Positions 1-13,451 are shown, counted from the stretch's first letter. The stretch is 64,000 nt of DNA from Lingula anatina (GCA_051362555.1 CM120642.1:17670001-17734000); one strand, 5' to 3'. Numbers and translations are program-made. The notes: a model not told the origin generated them from the sequence alone.

Positions 1-780
1 ATGAAGGTGTCCTTAACAGCGCATGCATAGGGACGGACTATAGGGAAAACTATCTCATTTCGATACATGAAACCAGTGAGAGTCCCATTACGGATCACGT
101 AAACGTCAATAAGCCCATGCACTGAAATTTTACCCCATACCAGAACTGATGGTCCAACAAACTGATCATGCTCGAAGGTGTTTGGCTGACTGTTGTACTC
201 CCCAGGTCGTCTTCACACCTCCTGCTTCGATCCAGAAAGTGTAAGCAAAACATGGACTCATGATGCCGGCGTGCTTGGAGGGTCAAGTAGCAGTCTTGCT
301 GATGAGGTGTTGTCGGTCTCGGGCGACCGCCAACAGGACGCCGGTTCACCTGCCCATGCCTCCGGTACCTTGTCCAGGCTCTGGATATCACGCCTTAGTA
401 TGTGCCGCGGGGAGTGGGTACATGACACTGCGTATTGTTACCCTGGAGTACCCCGATAGCCCGATTAGTTTTGCTGGTGGTAAGTGATTTCTCTGTCTTC
501 TTGGAGGCATTACAACATTGACAATTAAAAGCTCATCAGGAGAAAAAAGCTCACCCTTATTTGAGCTGAGGGACCAGCTTGGGTGTTTTTACTCGTGTGC
601 ATTCTACCAAAACAACAACAACAACATCAATGACTAATACGTACAGGTATGGTACAGGTATGGTTGTGCAACTTTATGTCGGAGACCAAGAAAATATACA
701 TAGGTAAAATTATCATTCCATAAGAATAAGATTTCTGGCAAATGTTGACTGGTGTAGTTAGGGTTAACCTGACCTCAGTG
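1..780 (-). mobile_element. Degenerate Tc1/mariner transposon remnant in intron 1 of a type-B pentraxin gene (paralogous to 28830-29830)
   Basis: Minus-strand fragments ISRAWTRYRRHGQVNRRPVGGRPRPTT (Tc1 HTH/GRPR motif) and VWGKISVHGLIDVYVIRNGTLTG..YRNEIVFPIVRPY (DDE region), with frameshifts. Right boundary is approximate. Confidence 0.75.
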
Positions 781-1733
781 TGTCAATATTTAGGGCGAGG
801 CTTACCTGTAGAAAGAAAGTGGGGGCGGACTCTTTATCATGGGGGACTCTGTCACGTTATATAAGTCGGTGAGACAGCATAGAATCAACTTATGACTGTT
901 TACTAAATGCTTTTTTTATCTACAATGAAAATATCCTATCACCATGCATGAGTGTAAAATAAATCCAAAGAAAAACACACCGTGGCCCAGGTAAAAGATT
1001 TATGATTATGTAGTAATAGAAAAAACCTTTAGACATGGGCGTCTTTGGGAGTATTCACATCGAGAAGAACCGAGGTCTAGCAAGACCGGGACCTAAATAT
1101 GGTGGACCTACATGAAAGGAAGACCGCGTAATCCATTAATGGTCACTCAATGACAATGGTTTTGTTGAAGAAAGAACCAGAAAATCAAAAATTATGTGTG
1201 TAAAAATTGTGTGCTAACACCAAACTCGCGTCTCACAGCATGCATGTCATGTCTCTGTTATTTATCACGATATCTTAAAAATTCTGACGAACTAATCACA
1301 CAAAAAATACTGCAGAAGTAATAAGCTTGTTAGCCTGTACAGTATGTTATCTTATTATAATGTTTCAAGATGACAACTTCATGCGTTATATATGGTCAGC
1401 TATTCTATGATTGGCTATTGCTCATCTCTCTTAAATTGCATGGCTTTAACATATTTTTTCTTTTATTATCAACTTCCTTTTAATAAGGACGAATGACCTT
1501 GCCGGAAATCGTCACGCCCCCACCCTTATTCAACCTATTTCAGTTATACTTCCAAGACTTAATTCAATAAAGTATATATTTTAATATAAAAAACACAAAA
1601 CCGTCACTTTGTTTCTTAATAAAAAAAAAAACAAATGTGCATCTTGTTTATCCGATTCAAAATATAAACGAATATTCTGACACTTTTTGTTAAGAGTGGC
1701 GATCTTGCTCTACTACTCAAATGTACATTTCTT

Positions 1734-2065
1734 CTAAGGGTCTCTTACCTGTTAGTCAATGACACCTGCTGAAAAGCACAGTGATTTATCAGGTGTGCAT
1801 CTAATATCCACGAGGGAATAATTATCAAAACCCAGTGGTTTTGAAATACGGGCCGCTGGCTCAAACAGGCGTTGTCATGCATAGTTACAAATCCTGTTTA
1901 GGTATACAATTGCGCAAAAACTGTATGGCAGATGCATGCAAAATAGCAATATATCATTTTTGAAAGCAAAGTTTTCCCAACACCCTATCAAATTATGTCC
2001 GCCTTCGTGGTGGGTATTTGACACACACCCTTTCTCCATCTTAAATCATGTTGTTCACATGGCTC
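1734..2065. mobile_element. Truncated MITE-like element, same family and site as 43759-44369 but internal part in opposite orientation; also at 31273-31575
   Basis: Starts CTAAGGGTCTCTTA...AATGACACCTGCTGAAA; its internal sequence is the reverse complement of ~43900-44160. Confidence 0.6.
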
Positions 2066-2172
2066 CTGAGATCAGGGATGTTTGCATTGCTGATAATTCG
2101 TGGCATCTAGCTCATGGACTTCTATGCCATTCAATTTAATACCACATAAAAAAGCAGTATAGTACTTCATAC

Positions 2173-2527
2173 CTGTTGGAGGAACGAGGAACTGACAGCC
2201 GGCGTCTGCCACTACATCCACCATGTCTTTATTCGCATTATTCGCAATTGCCTCGTATATGGAACAAGTTTGCGCCTCCATGCAAAACTGAGCGGCGTAC
2301 CCACCCAACGTCTGTATCCTTAACGAGCAGTCCTCGGCAGAGTTGGCCCTAAAGCTCCCTAAGCTGTTGACGCGGAGAGGTAGAGATTGTTCTGGCATAG
2401 ACAGATAGCCTTGGACGACGTATCTTGCTGTCCGTATGGTCTGACTGGTCGCAACTCCAATCAGAAATCCCCAAATGATAACTAAAATGCAAGACAATGT
2501 GTCCGTTGTTCATTCTGTTCCATGCAT
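2173..2527 (-). pseudogene. Exon 1 of type-B PAN-like/pentraxin gene (copy B1), nonsense codon at position 6; remaining exons lie left of the window
   Basis: 355-nt exon colinear with 31684-32038. Reads ATG CAT GGA ACA GAA TGA where the paralog has TCA. Ends at a phase-1 donor ACAG|GTATGA. Confidence 0.7.
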
Positions 2528-5212
2528 TCTTGTATTCATTGCAATTGGATATTTTTTTAACAAAATGCCCGGAGGCATCCATAACGCCAAATTGAACGCT
2601 TCTTAGATATGTCAATGCTATTGTTATATTTGGTTATAGTAACAAACCACCCGGAACTTTTACGAATTTCGATTATCAACTAAAACTTGATGTGGATGCC
2701 TCATATTTGATACCAGAAATATCATCCCAAAAGCAAAGGTAACAAGAGGGTGTATTTTGTAACAATGAAGTGTTTTTAAATATGACATGTAGCTTAACTC
2801 TATGTTTTTTATCAGTCATGATTGACGAATTTTACTGCTGTTTCGGTTGATGGATCGAGCTCTAAACAGAAAGTTCAAAGCGCCGCTTAAACAAGACGAT
2901 GTTTTTTTTAAGTCTAATAGACTGAATAATTTAAGGTAATTTTGTCTTCCTTTAAGCTAAGATCTTTTTAAATGTCAGTTATGCCCATTTCCATCTAGTA
3001 ATAAAACCTCTTACTGTGAGCAAACATCTTACCCCAAAACATAGTTGATCAAAGACCGCAAAATCCTCTAGGAGAACGTAAAACAGACTTAAGAGGGCTA
3101 ACACATATAAACCTTAATTTGTCGACAGGTGGTGCTGTCGTTAATGTATTAATTAATCATGTTCCGCTCTGTGATATTTATTTGTTTACCATTACCAACG
3201 TATTGTCTGTTTTTTAGTAACACACCGGAAACTGCAATCTGGCCTCTCAAGGCGTCTCTTGTAGACACCGGTAATTTGTCATCAGAGGAGAGGGTGACAT
3301 ATATTTGCAGATATTTGCCCATAACTGTAATGATGTTAAATTTCATTAGCAAATTTAATTGTAACCGCTGTCTGAAATAAGCATTGTGTTTTTTTTGCCA
3401 CACGCAAAGGTCACCCCAAGACCGCGTAACTCGAAAGCATCGCACATTGCCACCGAGCGCAATTAAGCGTCTCGATTTCATAACTCGCCCATACTCGCCC
3501 CATATAATAGCCTCGAAATTAAAGGTGGTATCGCTATATTTGCAATTCCCAATATTGTAATTAGTTACGGAGCCCTGGTTATTTTTGTGACACTTTGATT
3601 GTGCATTCAGGTTCTACAAGGTCTCGTCTTTGTAGGCCGGGTATTTAAGCGGCTGAGCATATTTTGTCATCAGTGGCGATGGTAACATACTTCCAAATAT
3701 GTCTCCATAACTGTGATTATGTGCCAATTCATCCCCAAATGTGATTATTACAACAATCTAAATAAGCATTGTGTTTTTGGCACACGCATAGGTAACTCCA
3801 GGCACGGACAGGCAGCACAATGAAGTTTTTTTTTTCCTTTGTGCCATTTCCTAAGCAATAAAAGTCTGTAGGATGAATGCAAACGTGGGTTCGATTATGT
3901 GCAAGACTCATAGCGAGGCGCACAGTATAGAAATGTGTCCAATAGATCACTTACATGGGTGGTAAATATTTTATGGGTGGACGGGAACCCATCGCTCGAC
4001 ACTTGTACTCTATCAAATGATGCTATGCAACTAATCATTACAATGTATATCAGGAAACTGGCAAAGCACTTGGTCAAATCTTGGTAAACATTAGAAAACT
4101 CCTTATTGTAGCTCTGTAAGAATTTATCAAACACTTAGCGTTCCACTAAAACCCTCATTTTTAATTAACTTTTTTAGTATTACTGTATCATTTTTCAACT
4201 CAATGTTCATGAAGACACCTAAAAGCTTTAACTTAATGAAATTTGGTGACTTGATTTTTTTCTAAAGTCTGCTAGTAACTGCTTCTGTTTTACATGTAGC
4301 ATTCTTTAACATCAAACCAAGACAAATGATTCTTGAACTTTATTTCTTAATCAGATTAATTAACAATACTATTTTATCTCTTTAAATAATTTATACAGTG
4401 TATCTTTGAACCCCCTTCAAGTTCCTCACTCTAACGGTCTATGAGGAAAAAGCAAAAAATCGGAAAACTGCGGACGAGATAACAATATCCCTAAATGTCA
4501 TCACAAATTTATTCTGCCCGACTGAAAAACAACCATGTGCTAGGTATCTGAGTTTATTTGTCTCATATCATGTCAGCAGTCTGGCGCTATCAGACAGTCT
4601 TAGATCCGTCAATTGCTGCTGCACATGCGTGGACGTGTAGTCCGTCGCCTGTGATATACGTACATTTGTTACCTATTGCTTGCACATTACATGACAGTGC
4701 ATTAAACACCGTAGTCCAAATTATATTTTTCATTCATTGTTGTTGTTGTGCTGCACTGTGATGAAAGGTAATGCAACTTCGAGTGGTTAAAACCAGTGCC
4801 GAATGTCTTTAATGATCTAAACTTCTTTGTTAAACAAACGAGCACAAAAAAGGGAAAGACAAATGCTCCGTATGGATTAAGAAAAATGTTTGTTAATTAT
4901 TGTTTGCACATTACATGCGTGACAGTGCGATAACACTGTGGTTCAAATTATATTTTTAATCCATTGTTGTTGTGCTGCAGTGTAAAATAGGTAAACCATG
5001 TAAATGTACAATCCTCATAAAGATAAATCCAGTTACCTTCAATGTGACTTTCTGATAAACAAAGGAGCAGAATGTCTGTATTATATCATTCTTGAGTAGA
5101 TAACAGCCTTTAAACATAAAAGAAAAGGAGAAATGCTCCGTGTGGATTAAGAAAAAAAGGATGCCTTGCTATATTTCTGTCAAACAAAGCTTGACGAACA
5201 ATGTTTTCTTTT

Positions 5213-6819
5213 TTATCTGTATCTGCAAAGAACGTCTCCATACGTATATATTTCGTGACTTTCCTTGGTAACGGTATCCCATGAGATGACGTTTCCTCCA
5301 AGCTTTTCGCCACAATTTGCCATTGCTGTGACGTTAACATTGTTGGTGTTCCAGACATTGACGCTTGTAATGTCACCAACATATGCTTGATTAACATCAA
5401 ATCCGCCGCCTACACTGTCTTGATCTTGCCCAACAATCCATACTCCATCTTAAAATAAAATTAACATTTCTTTACTTATTCGCGTATAAAGCTTATAATT
5501 TAAAATGGTGCTTGTGCACAATGTATGTCACAACAAATTTGGAAACGATCCAAAATTTCATCAAATGTATTACTAATTCATAATAGTGTCAAATCTACCA
5601 ACGTCACCTCCGAAACTATAATGAAAGAAGTATCCTTCTGCTAGTTGTCAAGATTGATATTGACTTTGTGAAAAATGATTGGTAATTTCTTACTTGGTGG
5701 AATGCTCCTAGACGTCTGGAAACCAGTGCCCCCCGCTGCTGACATGCCATCTCTGAATACTCTCCACGCTCCAACGCCATTATTCCAAGCGAAACACCAA
5801 TGGTGCCAGGCTCCATCATTAATTTCAGAACTCGGAATTGATGTTGTGATTCGCTGACTAGATATATAAAAAAAGATGTTTCCATTCCTATCGAACCCAG
5901 TGAGGAACGCATTGGTGTTGCCACTCACGGCGTAAGACAGGTGATGTATAAGGCTCGATGCAGCAAAAGTTGTCTTGGCCCACAGACAGGCTGTTATGGC
6001 AGTCATCTCAGGCGTGGTGGTAATCAACTTCACGTATCTCTCGGTGGACTGCGGAGATGGCCAACGGAAGATCGTGTTTTTTTCTGAAAGTAATCACGGT
6101 AGGATTCGATTTTCAATTGAAATTGAATTGGTAGGTTTGCCTTTCACACCATTAGACACTTACCTTTTGGACCCGTTTCATAGAAAAGAGTAGCTTTGTG
6201 TTTTAACTTTGTGCGTTTTCTTTAATCGGTCACTATACTTTGCTTGCTACTTTTAAGTGCGTTTTAAACGATTCACAACAATTTTCATAATTGACATATT
6301 AAACCATTATTTTGAGGTATGAAATTCATTTTAAAGACAATCACAATGTGATCCCGTAGCGCACTAAAAGACCGACGAAAAGTGAACTTCTGTATTCTTT
6401 GCGAAACGCAAGAAACCAAGAGTAGTATATCACGATATTTTCTATTTTGTCACACAAATATTGTTTCTAAAGTACATACTCGTTAGAGCGTCTTGAATGA
6501 CAAGAAACTTGCAGCCTGCATCCGCCACTACATACGTCATGACTTCGTTAATGTTACTCGTTCCGTATATGGAACAAATTTGCCCACTCTTACAATATTG
6601 GGCGGCGTACCCACCCAACCTTCTTATTCTTAACGCGCATTCCACGGCAGAGTTCGACCTTTTGACGCCGAAAAGTGAACGGTTCTCTGGCATTTGTAGA
6701 TGTTCATGAGCAACCAATTTTGCTGTCTGTACGGTTTGACCAGCTGACACCCCAAGCATAAAGCTCAAAATGATACCTAAAAACAAGATGATGAGTGTAT
6801 ATATTCGATTTTTTTTCAT
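5213..6819 (-). CDS. Secreted pentraxin-domain protein with N-terminal PAN/apple-like domain, type A copy 1 (3 exons, 321 aa)
   Basis: Exons 6819-6480, 6083-5694 and 5448-5213 join through phase-1 GT-AG introns into an open frame. Signal peptide MKKNRIYTLIILFLGIILSFMLGVSAG. Pentraxin motifs TACLW, LSYAV, DGAWHHWCFAW, IVGQDQDSVGGGFDVNQAYVGDITSVNVW and GNVISW. Confidence 0.9.
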
Positions 6820-7358
6820 GCAATTTTGGATTATGGTTGCTTCAACAAACCGTCCGGGTTTTTTCCCCTTATTTTTTTCTTTTGAAACGAAAGCTTCATT
6901 TGGATCTTTATCTTTTAACACCAGAAATATCATCGTCTTAGCGAAGCTAACATGCAGATTAATTTCATTTTTTCGGTTATCATTCCTTCAATTTCGATAC
7001 AAATTGAACCTTGGATTTGTGATGCCAAACGTTATAAATCTAGTTACAAATCTGTACCATGAGAAAACATCTTACCAAAAAACATAGTTGGTCCAAAACA
7101 GCTCCTACTGCCCAAGATAAAGAAAATTCTGGATGAAAAATATAGTTTACGTACATATGTTAACAGCTGGTGCAATTGTTAATATGACAATTGATTATGT
7201 CTCACTCTGCAAAATTTTTCATCACTATTACCAACGTATTGATTTCTAACCCGATAACACCGGAAGTAGCGATAATGGTTTCTTTTTTATCTGTCTGTGT
7301 TATTGTATAATACCGGCATTTCAAGCAAAAGAATAAATGCACTTGTATTTTGCATATA

Positions 7359-9018
7359 CAGGGTTACCACTTAATATGGAATATTTTTTATCATTGTTAT
7401 TTTTGAGTGCTGATTAAATTTTTTTGGCTTGAGTCATTAAAAAAGTATGTCACTGAGTGATAATAACATCCAGTCTTCTGTTGTGAGATATTTTGGTCAA
7501 TAATATTAAATCTGACATAAGATGTCATTCAAAAGAAAGGAACACCCCCAGAAAACCATAACAACATTTTGATGTCAGTATAAACTTTAAGATAAGATAT
7601 TAAAGAAAATGATAGCCTCCGGACAGTGATATGTTACACAGTCAAAGAACTCACTACAGTAAATCATGAAAAGTCAGTAATTGCGGGTATGACCTCCAGC
7701 AGCCGCTTGCAGCGCCCTCATCCTACATGACATATCCTGTGACACGTTTTTTAGAGTTTGGGTGGGGATATCATCCCACGCAGTGATATTTGCCTGTCGC
7801 AGTTCATCACTATTTACCGGCCGAGGACCCTAGCTATTAATTCTGTGAGTTACTTCCGCCCACAGATTTTCAATTGGGTTCATATCTGGATAGTTTGCAG
7901 GCCAGGGCAGTTGCTGAACCCATTGGTTTTGAAGAAAAACAGTGATTCTGCGGCCTCGATGTGGGGTTGCGCAGTCGTCTTGGTACACAAAGTTGTTCCT
8001 GAAGATGAATCTTACCAATCGAAGCATTGTTTGCTGTAGAATGTCTCTGTAGGAATCCTGGATGAGGTTGCCTCCTAGAAAAACCAGCTGGTTCTGGGCA
8101 CCGACATGAAATACTCCCCAAAACAGAGACGTTACCATCCCCTGCTTGCACCCTAGGCAGTACACAATCATTGTTTTATGCCCCTCGTACACGTCGGTGG
8201 ACACGGATTCGACGATCAACCCTAAAAAATCCATATCTGGCCTTATCACTGAAAACAACGTGATTCCAGTGTTTTGGCTGCAACTGCACGTGGTCCCCAG
8301 CCCTTTGCAGACGTCGCTGTATATGACCTGCTGTTAACAGTGGTTTCCCTTCTGGCCTTCGTGCATAATAACCGGCTTGCAGAAATCTCTTGTTCACGTG
8401 GGATCTTGAAACGGGCGTTTGAATGATATTCTGCCTCTCTTTTCTGAGGACACTGGTTGTCTTTGTACGACCAGCACGGCGTCCACTAAGGAGAAGGCGA
8501 TCCTGTCTTCTTGGTGTGATACGCGGACACCCTGGTCGAGGTATTGGAGTAGGTGCCCCTGTAGCAGCATTTCTTTGGAGGACTTCACAAACGGTTCCTG
8601 ATAAATGTTGAATTACCTGGCAATGGCTGTCCGTTTCTGGCCATTTTCTCTGAGAGCAAGAATCCCATAGTAAGCTGCGTTGCTTTGCTGTCGTACCATA
8701 TCTTCACTAAGGTACCTGACAAGTTTCAGAGCGATCCCTTTGTTGCTTCTCTAAACACGCTCCAAAGATTGACCAAACCCATGCGTTTTTATACAAGGGC
8801 AGAAATTGCCGAAAAGACCACCCCTCACATTTCTGACCACAGAACATGCAACTGCATGCATCAATTGTTTCGAGAGTTGTGTGGTAATTAGGTAACACAT
8901 CTGGCTACACATGGAGTGACACCTCAGCTTTGGATTTAAAGTAGTTAGAGAGAAATTAAATATTTTGTAGAAAATTTATTCGCCAAAAAATAATATTCCA
9001 TATTAAGTGGTAACCCTG
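7359..9018 (-). mobile_element. Full-length but inactivated Tc1-like DNA transposon (1660 bp)
   Basis: TIRs CAGGGTTACCACTTAATATGGAATATT at both ends with TA target duplication; empty site at ~36640. Broken transposase with VVFSD, VYQDD and YPDMNPIENLW motifs. Confidence 0.92.
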
Positions 9019-9258
9019 TAGGTTTGCCTGTATTTTCATATGCTGTATTTCCATGTGCTGCGTTTCATACTACCATTTACAGAAATTGTTTCGTGTTTAA
9101 TCAATCACGTTGAACGATATTCAATCGTACTGGTACCCCAAATATACATGAATGAATTTAAAAAAACAAAGAAAATAATGTTTTGAATATATTTATCACG
9201 TAAAGTGTTACAGAAATTTGATATATATTTCTTCCATGTCATATAAAAACGCTCTCTA

Positions 9259-9970
9259 TACGGACACATAAATATGATCCCAGCGATACGTGATATGTTC
9301 CCAGACGGCCACAGGTTTCAGCAGGACAACGACAGCAAACATACCAGCCGAGTTGCTGCTGCATTTATTGAGCAACATGGTATTAATTGGTTTCGCACCC
9401 CTCCAGAAAGCCCCGACCTTAACCTTACTGAAAACGTATGGGCTGAAATCAAACATCACCTGCGTACGCGTGTTAAGCCTACCACGAGAGAACAACTTGT
9501 TGACGGCATTAGAGAGGCATGGGAAAATATTAACGCAGAAAAGTGTAATAAATATATTTATCACCTAAAGAAGGTGATTCCAGCGGTTATTGAGAGAGAA
9601 GGCCGTGCATCTGGCTACTAAACTAGCAACACATGTAATAAAGGTAATGAGACATTGATATTTATTTGATGTATTAGCTATTTAAAAATTTCCATTTTAA
9701 CTACGATTTTGTTGATCGTGACTTATCATCATCAGATAAAATTGTTATACGTGTTTTAAAACTAAGCCTGATTTGTTCTTCAGAGTTTTGTTCTAATATT
9801 CGACTTGCCTTTACTCGAGTATCTGTTGCAGTTGATACATAACCCGGTATTGTTTGCTCATGTCGATAGCAATCTCTTTGCATCAGCTATAATAGAAACC
9901 TTAAGTTACCTGTAGGCAATTAAGAAGGGGCAGACCGTGTTCGTTGAACCGACTAATTTGGGTGTCCGAT
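9259..9970 (+). mobile_element. Internally deleted Tc1-like element (transposase C-terminal fragment 9274-9621)
   Basis: FQQDNDSKH...PPESPDLNLTENVW...EREGRASGY* is a Tc1 DDE C-terminus. Short imperfect inverted ends CGGACAC..AAAT / ATTT..GTGTCCG. Confidence 0.8.
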
Positions 9971-10085
9971 AAGGATTGCTTGGGGATTCCCCTACCTTGT
10001 AATTATCATACGGCCTCTATTGTTCGACCATATGGGGCAGGGTTGGGAAACCATACGGCCATTTGGTAAGGGGACATTCCGGCGG

Positions 10086-10088
<3 letters not shown>

Positions 10089-10155
<67 letters not shown>
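10089..10155. repeat. (AT)n microsatellite
   Basis: Uninterrupted AT dinucleotide run. Confidence 0.97.
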
Positions 10156-10158
<3 letters not shown>

Positions 10159-13112
10159 TGATAGTTGGTTTGGACAAGAAAGTGCATGTGATGTGTTTAT
10201 CTCGCCTAACCAGCATAGCGTACTTACTCTTTCATTCTCATTTTCGAAACCAATTCTGTTTTCTTGTTAAATGCCTCGTTTCAGCGGTATAGTAAGTGTA
10301 CAAATCTTATGCTGGCTTGCAACAGCCTATTGGGTGTATTTCGAAGTAAGCTTTGGAGGGAATTGATTGGATCAAATACACATGGACATAACACACATTC
10401 ACCTTAAATGTGTTATATGTATTTTATGTTTTTCAAGAACTTTACATTTCGAAAGAGCTACCGGTAGGCACGTCGATATATTGTGGATTTGGACTTATTC
10501 TAGATAAGGAAAAAATGTGCCCACCCAAGCGCCTCCCTTATTATAGTGAATTCGGATTAGTCTACTAATGAAATGTTTTCATCATCGTGCCCCCCTCTCT
10601 TGAACAAAAGTCTGGATTTGCAACTGTTTGCGGGATCTTAATATAAGGTCAGCTTCATATAAGGCCAATACAAAATGTGGTTCGAACCAGCCCAGCGTAT
10701 TTCTGTCTGTTTAAATAAGAATAAAAACTACCAAACAGCATGCGAACGGACAGTTACTATCGCACTTGGGTTTTTTACAATTAACTTTCAATGATACGAC
10801 GCACTGTATACCTAGGGTGATAGAAAGTGAAGTACATGTACAGTAACGTTTCATATGAATATCAGATAATCTTTATTGCACTTGGACTGATATACCATTA
10901 TATCGTAAATTCTTCACTGAAAACAGGCAATCAACCTGTTTAAACAGGTCCCTATTTTTGCCGTTGGTGAGTCAGTAAGACCAACATTCATTGTAGTTGC
11001 ATTGTAACACAATATGTTTGGTTTTGCTGGGATGCTTTTCGGTCTCGCACTCCCTATAGTTTCTCGATTTTTGACTGGGCCGCCTGGTGCCCTCTGGTTA
11101 TAAGCATCTCAGATGGAGAAACACAATATATCCATTGTGCTAGCTGACGTTTCTACTGCCTGTATTTCTCTCTGTCGCTTTTGGTGACAGATATCCTTTT
11201 TGTCCTTCCTTCTTCAGTCTATAGCTGCCACTTTCCGTATTCATCGTGCCAATCTCTTACCATGTAATACGTACCTGATACCCCACATCACTCAATGTAT
11301 TTAACTTTCTGATTGTACAGTGTATACACCCTTCAGGGACGTACAGAAATAATTGTGTGCAGCAATATTTTCAGATGTCAAATGATTTTATCAAATGTCA
11401 GTAAAGACAGGTCGGAATGCACGAGATGCATAACAGTCATTCTCTGTTCATAATGTGGGATGATAAAAACTTTTAGTGCCACCAAAACGAAGAAGATATA
11501 TTCTTTTATGTCAAGCACTTACAAAAATTATCCACATTTTGCAGAAAGGAACCACGCATTGTTCCCCCCCCAAAAAACAGGAAATTGTAGTTCTACATAA
11601 GATTAATCGAAATGATTGAACAGTCATAATCATTTACAACATACTACGTCTTGTTTTCAAATAAAATAAGATCAGTGAATGGGGGACTCATATACTCCAT
11701 TGACAATTGAGTTTTACTCGATGCGGGATCTTATTTCAGTCAATAACTTACAGGTGATCGTGCAATTTAAAATTTGGGAATTCAAAACATTTTTTAGCAA
11801 AAAATGTTTATTAGCTTGGTGGTTGGTTCATATACGATAATTATAAAAAAATATTAAAAAAAACAAGCTTGAATCTTTTCATATCGTTGGCTCACGGCCA
11901 ACCTTGAGGTAGGCCTTCATCAGACGATATATTATAACTACCTGACCACTTAGTGGTGTAGCGGTCAGGACGCATACAAAATGTTTTTGTTAGAATTTTT
12001 ATTTATTTTATGTCAATTTATTTATTTGCCAAGAACATGAAAGCTTACACCATGAACGACCCTTCACGGTGATAACTGATAGAAAGTTTTTTTTTAATTT
12101 TAGCATCATGGTTGTGGCACTTTATTGCCTCACAATCAGAATAAAGTGTTTTGCCCTCAGTATTTGTTGTTTCTGTTGTGTTTATAGTGTATAGCGCGTA
12201 TGTCTCGGCATTAAAGATTACGTAACAGCGGCTTAAAACATAAAGTATACTGATGTTAAATGCGGCGATATATGCATCCTTGCTTTGTTAATTACTTTGA
12301 TATTTCAAGTAAGCGATTTGTACTAACCCATTGTTAGGTATATTGCGATATCTGATATGTCAGAAAAAGATTAACTAGTGACTGCACTCTTTCAGAATGG
12401 TTTTGTATTAACTGTATTTCTCTTTGACTTCTACAGAGATGAAGAAGGTAAAGAAATGTCCATTAACTTGAAAGGACACCACCAAATGTCACCAAATTTA
12501 CACACAATTAACACTAGGATGTATTCGTTATAGGTTATGTGTCTAACGGCGTGTGTCTACCCGTGCAGCGGTTGCAAAAATTCCAGTTGTCAAGCAATTT
12601 AATGGCACTTAATGGCTGAATGTTTTCCGGTAATGGCAACAAAGCGTTGATATTATACGTTAATTATAACCTTAAAAGATCAGTTCATTTTAGGAACTAC
12701 AACTAAAGGACTTCTTTTCAGCAAAAAACGCATGCGTGTAGTCTCAGTCTCTACGGCCCTTTTCTGTTGAGCGATACACTTTTCTATACCAGTTTAACTG
12801 GTCTGAACACGTAGTTGCGCTGTCAGAGGTTTAACCCCCCCCCCCCCCCCCCCCCCCATATCACAAGTCCCATTGTACCAAACAGAATTAACCCAGTAAA
12901 CTTGCTGTGTCGAGCGCAAGGGCTCCGTGAAGAATTATTGTAAAAAACCACTTATTTACTACCTTACACACATTATTTTGGACAACAAAATTACTAAATT
13001 ACTTAACGGTTTCTCAATTTTTACCTTTACCTGAGCACCAACGAATACCGTTTTAACGCCAAATTATTGAGACTATTTATTATTCTAAATCCTTGTCACC
13101 GATTTTTCTTAA

Positions 13113-13451
13113 AGGGATAATAACTCTTCGTTTTGGTTAAAAAATGAATTTTCCTGGAGTAAACAACAATTTCCCCATACTTACCAATGGTTAATGAATC
13201 CATATTTACATTCAAAGTTAGTCTTTGGTTTTTTTCTAAAAAGTTTGTTTTTTTTTTTTTTTGTTATAATCTCTTAAGAGATTATAACTGAGTATAGCCA
13301 TCAATGGAGGTCACGTGGTCTAAAGCCACGCTCAGATATCAGAATAATAGCTATAACTGCTGTTTTTGTGGTACAACAGAAAATATTATACTTCACATTT
13401 TTCACAATGTTTTTATTGTGAAATATAGATCTCATACGAAGAGTTATCCCT
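13113..13451. mobile_element. TTAA-flanked MITE (Kolobok-like termini); second copy at 26274-26627
   Basis: TTAA|AGGGATAATAACTCTTCGT ... ACGAAGAGTTATCCCT|TTAA; highly similar copy 13 kb downstream. Confidence 0.8.

Larger units (their letters stand above)
1..9256. repeat. Segmental duplication: 1-9256 is paralogous to ~29100-36878
   Basis: Colinear near-identical sequence apart from copy-specific insertions; homology stops after AAAACGCTCTC at 9256. Confidence 0.93.

Noticed and set aside
2510-2512. In-frame TGA codons (also 19321) as selenocysteine or readthrough
   Set aside because: They replace Ser and (by motif) Arg codons through single substitutions and no SECIS was recognised; ordinary nonsense mutations are simpler.
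5110-5400. ORF MMLIKHMLVT... (also 34199-34690) as a gene
   Set aside because: It is an alternative frame of pentraxin exon 3; the true frame reads GVWIVGQDQD.
9992-10292. ORFs with IYIYIY runs
   Set aside because: Translation of the (AT)n microsatellite.
11944-11975. tRNA or SINE head (TGGTGTAGCGGTCAGGACGC)
   Set aside because: A-box-like only; no B-box or cloverleaf follows.
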